Made by a program: the position numbers and the translations under genes
Assembly: GCA_041910275.1 (NCBI GenBank)
Contig: JAYRRD010000147.1
Coordinates: 16,493 to 80,492, forward strand
Origin: Rhodoferax sp.
GTDB taxonomy: Bacteria > Pseudomonadota > Gammaproteobacteria > Burkholderiales > Burkholderiaceae_C
DNA: 64,000 nt
Direction: 5' to 3'
Part shown: positions 41,872 through 50,624 of the stretch, piece by piece
How the letters are laid out: every line of letters begins with the position of its first letter
Numbering within the stretch: position 1 is the stretch's first letter
The notes under the pieces: model-generated
The model's database searches: none
What the model was told of the DNA's origin: nothing
Seen by the model: only the letters and a program-made list of their open reading frames with translations

Positions 41872-42020
41872 CTCTTGCAAGCCCTTGTGGCACCTTTCTT
41901 GGCCACAAATCAGCCTCCAGCCCCTGTGGGCCGAGCGAGGACAGCTATCAATAACGCAGTAACAATAATCCTGTCCACGGCACCACAGAACACCCAAAGA
42001 GCCTATGAACCAACAAGCAA

Positions 42021-42602
42021 TCAGGCGAAATTGCGCTCGGCAAAGCTCCAGTTGACCAGCTTGTCGAGGAAGGTTTCGACAAATTTTTGGCGCAGGTTGC
42101 GGTAGTCGATGTAGTAGGCGTGCTCCCACACATCGACGGTCAGCAAGGCCTTGTCGCTGGTGGTCAGCGGCGTGCCAGCGGCGCCCATGTTCACGATGTC
42201 TACGGAGCCGTCCGGCTTTTTGACCAGCCAGGTCCAGCCGGAGCCAAAATTGCCTACCGCCGATTTGACAAAGGCTTCCTTGAATGCGGCATAGCTGCCC
42301 CACTTGGTCGTGATGGCCGCTGCCAGTGCGCCCGAGGGTTCGCCACCGCCGTTGGGCTGCATGCAGTTCCAGAAAAAGGTGTGGTTCCAGATTTGTGCGG
42401 CATTGTTATAGATGGCGCCACTGGACTTTTTCACGATGTCTTCGAGCGCCATGTTCTCGAAGTCGGTGCCCTTTTGCAGGTTATTGAGGTTGACTACGTA
42501 GGCGTTGTGGTGCTTGCCATGGTGAAACTCCAGGGTCTCCTTGGAATAGGCGGGGGCCAGGGCGTCGATGGCAAAAGGCAGTGCGGGCAGGGTATGTTCC
42601 AT
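42021..42602 (-). CDS. sodB: iron superoxide dismutase
   Basis: 193 aa. MEHTLPALPFAIDALAPAYSKETLEFHHGKHHNAYV...DVWEHAYYIDYRN is the canonical Fe/Mn-SOD sequence, with the Fe-type AAQIWNHTFFW. Confidence 0.97.
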   Translation of the reverse strand: MEHTLPALPFAIDALAPAYSKETLEFHHGKHHNAYVVNLNNLQKGTDFENMALEDIVKKSSGAIYNNAAQIWNHTFFWNCMQPNGGGEPSGALAAAITTKWGSYAAFKEAFVKSAVGNFGSGWTWLVKKPDGSVDIVNMGAAGTPLTTSDKALLTVDVWEHAYYIDYRNLRQKFVETFLDKLVNWSFAERNFA

Positions 42603-42656
42603 AAAAAATCCTATCGTTTGGGGAGTTGGGTTGCGAAAAGGGGGCGATTGTAGAAA

Positions 42657-43952
42657 CTATTGCGGTTTCAGGCTGTTCACCGTCAGGTCAACCACGCCGT
42701 CCGTAAGGCTGGCTTGCACCCGCTGCCCAGGCTGGACCTGGGAAATGCTATGCAGGGTCTGGCCGTTTTCCAGATGCAGCCAGGCATAACCGCGTTGCAG
42801 CACCAGCGCGGGATCGAGCAGCCCCAGGCGCAGCCCGGCTTGCCGGGTGCGCTCTTGTGCGCGTTGCAGCAGCGCATGTACGGCCAGCTGAAAACGCTGC
42901 TGCGCGCGTTCCAGCTGTGCCGAACGTGCCTGCACCGTCAGGCGCAGCGCGTGCTGCATGCGTTGCTCGGCACTGGCCAGCAGCATGCGCTGGCGCTGCG
43001 CCAGGGATGAAGGCCGCCCCAGACGCGCGGCGATCCGGTCCACGCGCTGCGCCTGGCGTTGCAGATGGCGCTCCAGCGCTTCGTTCAAGCGCTCTTGCAG
43101 CATCGCCAGCACACCCAATGCCGCCGAGGTGGGTTCGCAGACCAGTTCGGCAGCCGCCGTGGGGGTGGGGGCGCGCAGGTCGGCGACAAAATCGGCAATG
43201 GTGAAATCGGTTTCGTGGCCCACGCCGCACACCACCGGCACCGGGCTGCTGGCAATCGTGCGGGCGAGCTGCGCATCGTTGAAGGCCCAGAGGTCTTCCA
43301 TCGAGCCGCCACCGCGCACCAGCAGAATCACGTCCACGCCCACGTCAGAGGTGCTCGCCAGCGCGTACAGGCGCGACAGGGCTTGTATCAACTCCTGTGG
43401 TGCGCCCTCCCCTTGCACCGAGGCCGGCGCCAGCACCACCGGGATATGCGGCACCCGGCGCGCCAGGGCGGTTACCACGTCATGCAAGGCCGCAGCGCCC
43501 AGCGACGTGACCAGGCCGATGCCGCGCGGCATGGCTGGCAAGGGCTTTTTGCGTGCCGCGTCAAACAGACCTTCGGCCTCCAGCTGGGCCTTGAGCTTGA
43601 GAAATTGTTCAAAAAGGTTGCCCTGGCCCGCTTGGCGCATGCTCTCGACCACCAGTTGCAGTTCCCCACGTGGCTCATACACCCCAAGACACCCCAGCAA
43701 TTCCACGCGCAAGCCATCACGCGGGCTGAAATCGAGCATTCCAGCCGCGCGGCGGAACATGGCGCAGCGAATCTGCCCTGCTTCGTCCTTGAGTGAAAAA
43801 TAGCAATGCCCGCTGGATGCGCGCGTGAAGCCGCTGATTTCACCCCCCACACGCACCGGGTTGAAGTGCGCCTCCAGCGCGTTGGCAATGGAGCGGCACA
43901 AGGCGCCAACTTGCCAGACGTACTCGTCAGAAATATAAGCAGTTGATTTCAT
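42657..43952 (-). CDS. xseA: exodeoxyribonuclease VII large subunit
   Basis: N-terminal OB fold VWQVGALCRSIANALEAHFNPVRVGGEISGFTRASSGHCYFSLKDEAGQIRCAMFR, then GIGLVTS..AAL.D... and VRGGGS.EDLWAFNDA. Start set at MKSTAY (43952). The 674-aa track ORF is an artefactual upstream extension. Confidence 0.93.
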   Translation of the reverse strand: MKSTAYISDEYVWQVGALCRSIANALEAHFNPVRVGGEISGFTRASSGHCYFSLKDEAGQIRCAMFRRAAGMLDFSPRDGLRVELLGCLGVYEPRGELQLVVESMRQAGQGNLFEQFLKLKAQLEAEGLFDAARKKPLPAMPRGIGLVTSLGAAALHDVVTALARRVPHIPVVLAPASVQGEGAPQELIQALSRLYALASTSDVGVDVILLVRGGGSMEDLWAFNDAQLARTIASSPVPVVCGVGHETDFTIADFVADLRAPTPTAAAELVCEPTSAALGVLAMLQERLNEALERHLQRQAQRVDRIAARLGRPSSLAQRQRMLLASAEQRMQHALRLTVQARSAQLERAQQRFQLAVHALLQRAQERTRQAGLRLGLLDPALVLQRGYAWLHLENGQTLHSISQVQPGQRVQASLTDGVVDLTVNSLKPQ

Positions 43953-44075
43953 TGTGAATTTTTTGTTTTTCGGGATGGTGGGTGGCTGCAAGGCGGGCTG
44001 GCGTAGGAAAACCCGGTACGGGCTGGGCCATAATCGCGGGCCAGAAGCATTTGTATATTTGCACAGGGTGATTAT

Positions 44076-44702
44076 TTGTTTTCCATCATACAAGCTGCCG
44101 GCTGGCCGATCTGGCCCCTTATTGCCTGCTCCGTACTGGCTCTGGCCATCGTTATTGACCGCTTTATCTGCCTCAAGGCCAAAAAGGTCGCGCCGCCGCG
44201 CCTGCTGGACGAAGTGTTGAGCGTAACCCGCACCGCCATTCCCGCGCCGGATGTGGTGACACAACTGGAAAAAAATTCCGCACTCGGCGAAGTATTGGCC
44301 AGCGGGCTGCGCGCCATCAACTCCGACCCGCGCTGCACGGAAGATGACCTGCGTGCCGTCATGGAAAGCACCGGGCGCATCGTCGCACAACGGCTGGAGC
44401 AAAGGCTCAGTGCGCTGGGCACCATCGCCTCGGCTGCGCCCTTGATGGGGCTGTTCGGCACCGTGGTCGGGATGATCGAAATTTTCGGCTCGCAAGCCCC
44501 TGGTGCCAGCACCGGCGGCAACCCGGCCCAGCTGGCGCACGGCATCTCGGTGGCGTTGTACAACACGGCCTTCGGGCTGATTGTGGCGATTCCTTCGCTG
44601 ATTTTCTGGCGCTACTTTCGCGCCAGGGTGGACGCTTACCTGCTGACACTGGAACTCGCGGCAGAGCATCTGGCTCGCCACCTCAAGGTCTTTCGCCGTT
44701 AA
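44076..44702 (+). CDS. exbB: MotA/TolQ/ExbB-family proton channel protein
   Basis: 208 aa with three TM segments and the conserved LGTIASAAPLMGLFGTVVGMI...GISVALYNTAFGLIVAIP. Confidence 0.9.
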   Translation: MFSIIQAAGWPIWPLIACSVLALAIVIDRFICLKAKKVAPPRLLDEVLSVTRTAIPAPDVVTQLEKNSALGEVLASGLRAINSDPRCTEDDLRAVMESTGRIVAQRLEQRLSALGTIASAAPLMGLFGTVVGMIEIFGSQAPGASTGGNPAQLAHGISVALYNTAFGLIVAIPSLIFWRYFRARVDAYLLTLELAAEHLARHLKVFRR

Positions 44703-45145
44703 TGCCGATGAATTTTCGTCCCCGCACCCACGAAGAGCCGGAAATCAACCTGATACCCTTCATTGATGTATTGCTGGTCATCCTGATTTTCCTGATGCTC
44801 TCCACCACCTACAGCAAATTTACCGAAATGCAGCTGGTGCTGCCGGTGGCCGATGCCGAGGCACAGCGCGATTACGCCAAGGAAGTGAGCGTGGTGATCA
44901 GCGCCGATGGCAGCTACAGCATCAACCGCACACCCGTTGCGGGCCGCAGCCTGGACGCCCTGGTCGCAGCGCTCACCGAAGGGACAAAAATCGGCAAGGA
45001 TACGGTCGTCGTCATCAACGCCGACGCCAGCGCACGCCACCAGGCGGTGATTACCGTCATGGAAGCCGCCCGGCGCGCCGGGTTGAACCAGATCACCTTC
45101 GCCACCCAGTCCTCGGGCAATGCAGCCGCCAAAGCCACAGAATGA
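44702..45145 (+). CDS. exbD: ExbD/TolR-family biopolymer transport protein
   Basis: 147 aa. EPEINLIPFIDVLLVILIFLM, plus a periplasmic domain ...VVISADGSYSIN...VVINADASARHQAVITVMEAARRAGL. Confidence 0.9.
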   Translation: MPMNFRPRTHEEPEINLIPFIDVLLVILIFLMLSTTYSKFTEMQLVLPVADAEAQRDYAKEVSVVISADGSYSINRTPVAGRSLDALVAALTEGTKIGKDTVVVINADASARHQAVITVMEAARRAGLNQITFATQSSGNAAAKATE

Positions 45146-45359
45146 TGCGTAGCACCATGCGCAATTTGGTGCACCGGCACCCGATTCGGCCATGGATGCA
45201 CCAAAACAAGACAATTTAAGCCGAATCGAGCCATAAACCCCATGGAACATGCGGGCACAGCTATCCTTATAAGAGCATTACACTCCCCATCCCACACTCC
45301 ATGCAATGGCGCGAACCTTGCTAGCATTGCTGGGAAGGCATCGTTTCAAGAGGTATCCC

Positions 45360-46898
45360 ATGCAAACATTTGACGAGATGTACACCCGTTTGCCCTACGC
45401 ATTTTTTACCGAAGGGGCGCAGGTGCGGGAGCATTACAAGATTTACGATGAGTGGCTGGCCCGCCAACCCGGCGACATGATGGCCAGGCGGCGCGAAGAG
45501 GCCGAGATGATCTTTCGCCGGGTCGGCATCACCTTTGCCGTTTATGGCGAAAAGGACGAGTCGGGCGCGGGCACCGAGCGGCTGATTCCCTTTGACCTGA
45601 TCCCGCGCATCATCCCGGCCAACGAATGGGAGAGCCTGGAGCGTGGCCTGGTGCAGCGGGTGCAGGCGCTCAACCGTTTTATTTACGACGTCTACCACGA
45701 CCAGGAGATCATCAAGGCGGGCATCATCCCACGTGAGCAGATCGAAAACAACGCGCAGTTCCGCCCCGAAATGGTCGGGGTGAAGGTACCGAACCAGATT
45801 TACTCCAACATCTCCGGCATCGACATTGTGCGCGCGCCCAACGCATCCGGGGAGGGCGAGTATTACGTGCTCGAAGACAATCTGCGCGTGCCCAGCGGGG
45901 TGAGCTACATGCTCGAAAACCGCAAGATGATGATGCGGCTGTTTCCACAACTCTTCAACGCGCACCGCGTGGCGCCCATTGCGCATTACCCCGATCTGCT
46001 GCTGGAGACCCTGCGCAGCTGTAGCCCTGGCACCACCGCCGAGCCGACTGTCGTGGTGCTGACCCCCGGCATGTACAACAGCGCCTATTTTGAACACGCC
46101 TTTTTGGCGCAGCAGATGGGCGTCGAGCTGGTGGAAGGGCAAGACCTGTTCGTGAAAGACAATTTTGTCTACATGCGCACCACACGCGGCCCCAGGCGGG
46201 TCGATGTGATTTACCGGCGGGTGGACGACGATTTTCTGGACCCGACGGTGTTTCGCGCCAGTTCCACCCTGGGCTGCGCCGGATTGGTCCATGCCTACCG
46301 CGCCGGCAACGTGACCATCTGCAACGCTGTGGGCACCGGCGTGGCCGACGACAAATCCATTTACCCCTACGTGCCGCAGATGATCGCGTTTTATCTGGGC
46401 GAAAAACCGCTGCTCCACAACGTCCCCACCTACCAGTGCCGCAACCCGGACGATCTGGCCTACACCCTGGCCAATCTTAAAGACCTGGTGGTCAAGGAGG
46501 TGCACGGCGCGGGCGGCTACGGCATGCTGGTTGGCCCCGCTGCCACCCAGGCGCAGATTGAAGACTTCCGTCAGGCGCTCAAGGCCAACCCCAGCGGCTA
46601 CATCGCCCAGCCCACCCTGAGTCTGTCGAGCTGCCCGACCTTTGTGGAAAGTGGCATCGCGCCGCGCCACATTGACCTGCGTCCCTACGTCCTGAGCGGA
46701 AAAACCGTGCAGATGGTGCCCGGCGGACTGACCCGCGTGGCGCTGACCGAAGGCTCTTTGGTCGTGAATTCCTCGCAAGGCGGCGGCACCAAGGACACCT
46801 GGGTGCTCGAAGGCGATGCCAGCGCAAACGGCACCAACGGCAACGGCAGCACTGACTCCGTGCCTGCGTCGGTGCGGTCTTTGCAATTTCAAATCTGA
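45360..46898 (+). CDS. circularly permuted type-2 ATP-grasp protein (DUF404/DUF407 family)
   Basis: About 512 aa. FDLIPRIIPA.EW..LE.GL.QRV.ALN.F..D.Y and YVLEDNLRVPSGVSYMLENR are typical, and an alpha-E protein follows. Start chosen at MQTFDEMY. Confidence 0.8.
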   Translation: MQTFDEMYTRLPYAFFTEGAQVREHYKIYDEWLARQPGDMMARRREEAEMIFRRVGITFAVYGEKDESGAGTERLIPFDLIPRIIPANEWESLERGLVQRVQALNRFIYDVYHDQEIIKAGIIPREQIENNAQFRPEMVGVKVPNQIYSNISGIDIVRAPNASGEGEYYVLEDNLRVPSGVSYMLENRKMMMRLFPQLFNAHRVAPIAHYPDLLLETLRSCSPGTTAEPTVVVLTPGMYNSAYFEHAFLAQQMGVELVEGQDLFVKDNFVYMRTTRGPRRVDVIYRRVDDDFLDPTVFRASSTLGCAGLVHAYRAGNVTICNAVGTGVADDKSIYPYVPQMIAFYLGEKPLLHNVPTYQCRNPDDLAYTLANLKDLVVKEVHGAGGYGMLVGPAATQAQIEDFRQALKANPSGYIAQPTLSLSSCPTFVESGIAPRHIDLRPYVLSGKTVQMVPGGLTRVALTEGSLVVNSSQGGGTKDTWVLEGDASANGTNGNGSTDSVPASVRSLQFQI

Positions 46899-46911
46899 AG
46901 GGGAAAATGCC

Positions 46912-47880
46912 ATGCTCTCACGCACTGCCGACCACCTTTTCTGGATGTCACGCTACACCGAGCGCGCAGAAAACACCGCACGCTTGCTTGATGTCAACTA
47001 CCAGACCGGGCTTTTGCCCCAATCGGACGCTGTGGCCCAGGTCGGCTGGAAAAGCCTGCTGAGTATCAGCGAGCTATCCGACGCTTACACCAAACGTTAC
47101 GGCAGCGTGGAAGCCGACAAGGTCATGGAGTTCATGGTGAAGGACGAAAGCAATCCGTCCTCCATCCTGTCCTGTCTGGCAGCGGCGCGCGAAAACGCCC
47201 GTGCCGTGCGCGGCACCTTGACCACCGAGGTGTGGGAAACACAAAACCAGACCTGGCTGGAGGTCAAGCGCATGCTCAAGGCGGGCGAGTTCGAGCGCGA
47301 TCCGGCACAGTTTTTCGAGTGGGTCAAGTTCCGCTCGCACCTGTCGCGCGGCGTCACCGTGGGCACCATGCTGATCGACGAGGCGCTGCACTTCATGCGC
47401 TTAGGCACGTTTCTGGAGCGCTCCGACAATACCGCACGCTTGCTGGATGTGAAATTCCATGCGGTGCAAAACGACTTTTTTGGTGCGTCCAGCGGGCGCA
47501 ATGGCCGCGACCAGGAGTACGATTTCTACCACTGGAGCGCAGTTTTGCGCAGCGTCTCGGGCTTCGAGATTTACCGCAAGGTCTACCGCGACGTCATCAA
47601 ACCCGAGCGCGTGGCCGATCTCCTGATTCTGCGCCCCGACATGCCACGCTCGCTGCACGCCAGCTTGAACGAAGTCGTCTCGAACCTGCGTCTGGTCGCC
47701 AGCGACGTGGGCAGCGAAACCGTGCGCCGCGCCGGCAAGCTGCGCGCAGAGTTGCAGTTTGCCCGCATTGACGAGATTCTGAACACCGGCTTGCATGCCT
47801 TTTTGACCCAGTTCCTGGACCGCGTCAACGATCTGGGAACACACATCAGCCGGGAGTTTTTGGTGCCGGCCACGGATTAG
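46912..47880 (+). CDS. alpha-E domain (DUF403) protein
   Basis: MLSRTADHLFWMSRYTERAENTARLLDV... and a second FLERSDNTARLLDVKF repeat are hallmarks of alpha-E proteins paired with the ATP-grasp gene. Confidence 0.85.
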   Translation: MLSRTADHLFWMSRYTERAENTARLLDVNYQTGLLPQSDAVAQVGWKSLLSISELSDAYTKRYGSVEADKVMEFMVKDESNPSSILSCLAAARENARAVRGTLTTEVWETQNQTWLEVKRMLKAGEFERDPAQFFEWVKFRSHLSRGVTVGTMLIDEALHFMRLGTFLERSDNTARLLDVKFHAVQNDFFGASSGRNGRDQEYDFYHWSAVLRSVSGFEIYRKVYRDVIKPERVADLLILRPDMPRSLHASLNEVVSNLRLVASDVGSETVRRAGKLRAELQFARIDEILNTGLHAFLTQFLDRVNDLGTHISREFLVPATD

Positions 47881-47885
47881 GTAAG

Positions 47886-48443
47886 ATGACAGACATGAGC
47901 GCAAATCGTAAAGTCTTTCTCTCGTTCGCTGCGTCTGATAAAAAATCGGCTGACGACATGCGGCAGATGCTCGAATCACAGGGTGTGGAAGTGCTTTCGG
48001 TGGATACAAGCATCCGCGCCGGATCAGCGTGGGTGGAATCGCTACGTGAGGCAATGTTGTCCGCGTCGGTCGTCTTTGTTTTGATCGGCCCGAAAACTCG
48101 CGCGAGCCAGTGGGTGGACCAAGAGATAAAAATCGCTATTGAAGGTACGACATCGGGTCCACCGCCCGGTCTCGTAGCCGTGATCCTGAAGGAGCATGAA
48201 GATTATTCACGGCCCTTCTATGATCCCGAAAACGTACCATTGCGGATTCACGACCATGTTTCCCGCGAGTCGGCTATCCTACGCAAGTGGCCCAAGAACC
48301 CCGCTGAAGTTCTGAGCTGGATGGAGGATGCCATGCGGCGCAGACAGCAATTTCCGTCGCCGTTTGTCAACTTTTCCACCCAGTCTGCATTGAGTAACTT
48401 CGATTGGGATGCATCGGCGGACGAGGCTACTCCCGCAAACTGA
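47886..48443 (+). CDS. TIR-domain protein (ThsB/DUF1863-like)
   Basis: 185 aa. KVFLSFAASDKKSADDM...GVEVLSVDTSIRAGSAWVESLREAMLSASVVFVLIGPKTRASQWVDQEIKIAIE is a TIR core, with a candidate catalytic Glu80 at 48123-48125. The C-terminal LVAVILKE...VPLRI...AILRKWP extension resembles ThsB-type TIR proteins. The gene starts 6 nt after the alpha-E stop. Confidence 0.75.
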   Translation: MTDMSANRKVFLSFAASDKKSADDMRQMLESQGVEVLSVDTSIRAGSAWVESLREAMLSASVVFVLIGPKTRASQWVDQEIKIAIEGTTSGPPPGLVAVILKEHEDYSRPFYDPENVPLRIHDHVSRESAILRKWPKNPAEVLSWMEDAMRRRQQFPSPFVNFSTQSALSNFDWDASADEATPAN

Positions 48444-49672
48444 TGGTCAACACACTCCTTCATGTAGTGATCGTATACCGACCCGGGCATGAGTTCGCCA
48501 CCCACGCAGAGAAGGTGATACGCCGGGTTTTCGGCGCAGACACAGACGAAGCAATTCCAGATGGTGGATTCCCTGGATTTTCAGTCTGGAATGCGGTGAG
48601 GGTCACTGCCATCACGGGCCAGGCCAGTCTCGATGCGCTCCAGTTCGCGGCAAATGGTCGCGTACTTTGGGTTCTCCTGGTGGACTACCCGATGACGGAT
48701 GAACTGGAATGGCCGGCCGTCATGAAGCGGATCGGCGAGAGGCTTGATAAAGACACACAAATTCCGGAGCAGAATCGCGTCGGTGTTCTCGTCATGGGCG
48801 AGCCAAGCGCGTTGAATCGGCTGCCCGAATCGTTGCAAAATCTTCAGGGCAAGCCCCAGGCGCAGCTTGGTGAACACCGCATCGGCCCGCACCGGTTGGC
48901 GCTCCTCGCCTTACACCGTGCACGGCTTATTCTTGGTCGGAACCCTGGAAAGAACGCCCTCAAACTCTTTATCAGCCATGCCAAGGCGGACGGCGTATTC
49001 TTTGCCGATGCCCTGAATAGCGCAATCAAGCAGGTGCCCGAACTGGAGGCATGGTATGACGCCGAGGACATCGCGAGCGGCAGCCGCTGGAAGAATGCAT
49101 TGAAGAACAATGCTTCACAGAGTGTCTTCATCGCCATTCGCACCGAAACTTACACCCAGCGCCCTACTTGCGTGGAAGAGTTTCGGTGGGCCTTGGAACA
49201 CGGTGTGCCGATTGTGGTGGTGGACGCCTTGCTTCGCCAGGACATTGCCCCCGCACCCATACCCTTTGCCTCCATGCCGACAGTCAGGGTGGCCGATGGC
49301 AATACGCATCGGGTACTCGCCGCAACGCTGCGCGAGCATCTGCGGGTACTTTTAGTTGAAACCTGGGTAGCTGAGGTAACTGCTGTTAACGCGCCCGACC
49401 TCCCCGCCAGCGCTTGGCGTGTGTGGCCTCGGCTCCCGACTTTTCACGCACTTCAGGAATTAGTTGCCCAGCATCTTGCTCCCACACCCTGCTGCATCGT
49501 CATCGCCGATGCCCCCGGTCCTGAGTTGAATGCCGCTGTCAGCGTTCTGCAAAATCTTCGCAAGGAGAATGGGCAGCCAGTTCCGTTGATGCTCGCTACC
49601 GCTGATACGTTCCCGGATTACGCCGTTCGGCTCGTGGCGGCATTTGCACCACCAGCCGCACCAACTCCATGA
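48443..49672 (+). CDS. TIR-domain protein with unassigned N-terminal (~190 aa) and C-terminal (~100 aa) regions
   Basis: Its ATG overlaps the upstream stop (TGATG at 48441-48445). The central LKLFISHAKADGVFFADALNSAIKQVPELEAWYDAEDIASGSRWKNALKNNASQSVFIAIRTETYTQRPTCVEEFRWALEHGVPIVVVD is a TIR core, with candidate Glu245/246 at 49175-49180. Confidence 0.7.
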   Translation: MVNTLLHVVIVYRPGHEFATHAEKVIRRVFGADTDEAIPDGGFPGFSVWNAVRVTAITGQASLDALQFAANGRVLWVLLVDYPMTDELEWPAVMKRIGERLDKDTQIPEQNRVGVLVMGEPSALNRLPESLQNLQGKPQAQLGEHRIGPHRLALLALHRARLILGRNPGKNALKLFISHAKADGVFFADALNSAIKQVPELEAWYDAEDIASGSRWKNALKNNASQSVFIAIRTETYTQRPTCVEEFRWALEHGVPIVVVDALLRQDIAPAPIPFASMPTVRVADGNTHRVLAATLREHLRVLLVETWVAEVTAVNAPDLPASAWRVWPRLPTFHALQELVAQHLAPTPCCIVIADAPGPELNAAVSVLQNLRKENGQPVPLMLATADTFPDYAVRLVAAFAPPAAPTP

Positions 49673-50586
49673 ATACCATCATCGACCCCTTTCCACTTCG
49701 AGGTCGCTGCGTCGGCATCTCCATTTCGGCGGGGGATGAAGGCATTCCGCAGGGTGAAAAGGCGGATGCGTTTGTCAATCAACTTACCTTTCAGACATGT
49801 TCCCGCTTCTTATTCCTGGGTGCAAGCATCGCACTCGGGCACATGTGGAGAGCGGGCGGCATCATGGAACATCTTGCCCGTCGCGCCACGGAGTACCGAT
49901 ATTCGTTTACCCCGTCAGGGAGCGAAGGAAGACAGGCGCCCATCATCAATCGCATCGCGTGGCCAGATGAGCCGCCGGTATTTGATGAAGACCGCGCCGA
50001 GCAGATGGCGGATGTTGTCGATGTCCAACAAGTTGCCCCCCCCGGCATTCCCACAGACGGGCTGGAGTCGTCCTCAAGACTGGGCCAATTTGCGCGCATG
50101 CGTGCCCTTACGGCGATGCGCCAAGAGCTTGTAGCGGCCAGTGATTTCAGAATTTGCCTCGGGGGGGCTGCGGGGAAAAACCTTCGTCGCCTGCCGGGCG
50201 TGCTTGAGGAAGCGATTCTTACTTTCGAGGCAGGCAAGCCCCTTTATCTTGCGGGGGCCTTCGGCGGTATTACCAAAACGCTTTGCGACGTGATTCTTCG
50301 CCGACGTGCAGCCACTAACGCCCTGGAAGCGTTCTACACGCCAGCCGAAGCCCTGTCGCTTTTCAACGAGTTTCAGGCAACCCATCCATTCCCTGTACGC
50401 GATGGCCCCAGTCGGCGATCCGCACCGTTTGACGCGCTTGCCGATGCAGAAGAAAGCATGACCATCGAACGGCTCGCAAGCCGTGCCTGCCTCTCGAATG
50501 ACGATTACCTCACACTCATGACGACCCCTGACGTCGGGAGGGCGATGCAACTCGTCAGCATAGGGATCGCGAATTTCCGCGAATAG
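49669..50586 (+). CDS. SLOG/LOG-like Rossmann-fold protein (putative nucleotide-signal sensor)
   Basis: ATGA overlap with the upstream gene. The order of Gly-rich elements VGISISAG / ALGHMWRAGGIMEHL / ICLGGAAGK..LPGVLEEA / KPLYLAGAFGG parallels the LOG/SLOG motifs (GGGxxGxM and PGGxGTxEE). This assignment is by eye only. Confidence 0.45.
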   Translation: MNTIIDPFPLRGRCVGISISAGDEGIPQGEKADAFVNQLTFQTCSRFLFLGASIALGHMWRAGGIMEHLARRATEYRYSFTPSGSEGRQAPIINRIAWPDEPPVFDEDRAEQMADVVDVQQVAPPGIPTDGLESSSRLGQFARMRALTAMRQELVAASDFRICLGGAAGKNLRRLPGVLEEAILTFEAGKPLYLAGAFGGITKTLCDVILRRRAATNALEAFYTPAEALSLFNEFQATHPFPVRDGPSRRSAPFDALADAEESMTIERLASRACLSNDDYLTLMTTPDVGRAMQLVSIGIANFRE

Positions 50587-50624
50587 AATCATCCTGCCTG
50601 ATACACCCCAGTACGGCACCGGAT

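Noticed and set aside
38896-41965. Idea that the family-B repeats are integron attC sites.
   Set aside because: I could not find the paired R''(RYYYAAC)/R'(GTTRRRY) core sites or the L''/L' bulged-stem layout, and no intI or attI is present in the window. The idea is kept only as a hypothesis to test with a covariance model.
41629-42303. 224-aa minus-strand ORF overlapping sodB and the repeat region.
   Set aside because: It is out of frame with the unambiguous sodB gene and crosses non-coding repeats. The sequence has no motifs.
43953-44681. N-terminal extension that turns xseA into a 674-aa ORF (42657-44681).
   Set aside because: The extension runs antisense through the well-supported exbB gene and has no ExoVII similarity. 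The conserved XseA OB-fold N-terminus begins at MKSTAY (43952).
45321-46925. 534-aa minus-strand ORF covering the ATP-grasp gene.
   Set aside because: It is the antisense shadow of a gene with clear circularly-permuted ATP-grasp motifs, and its own sequence shows no motif.
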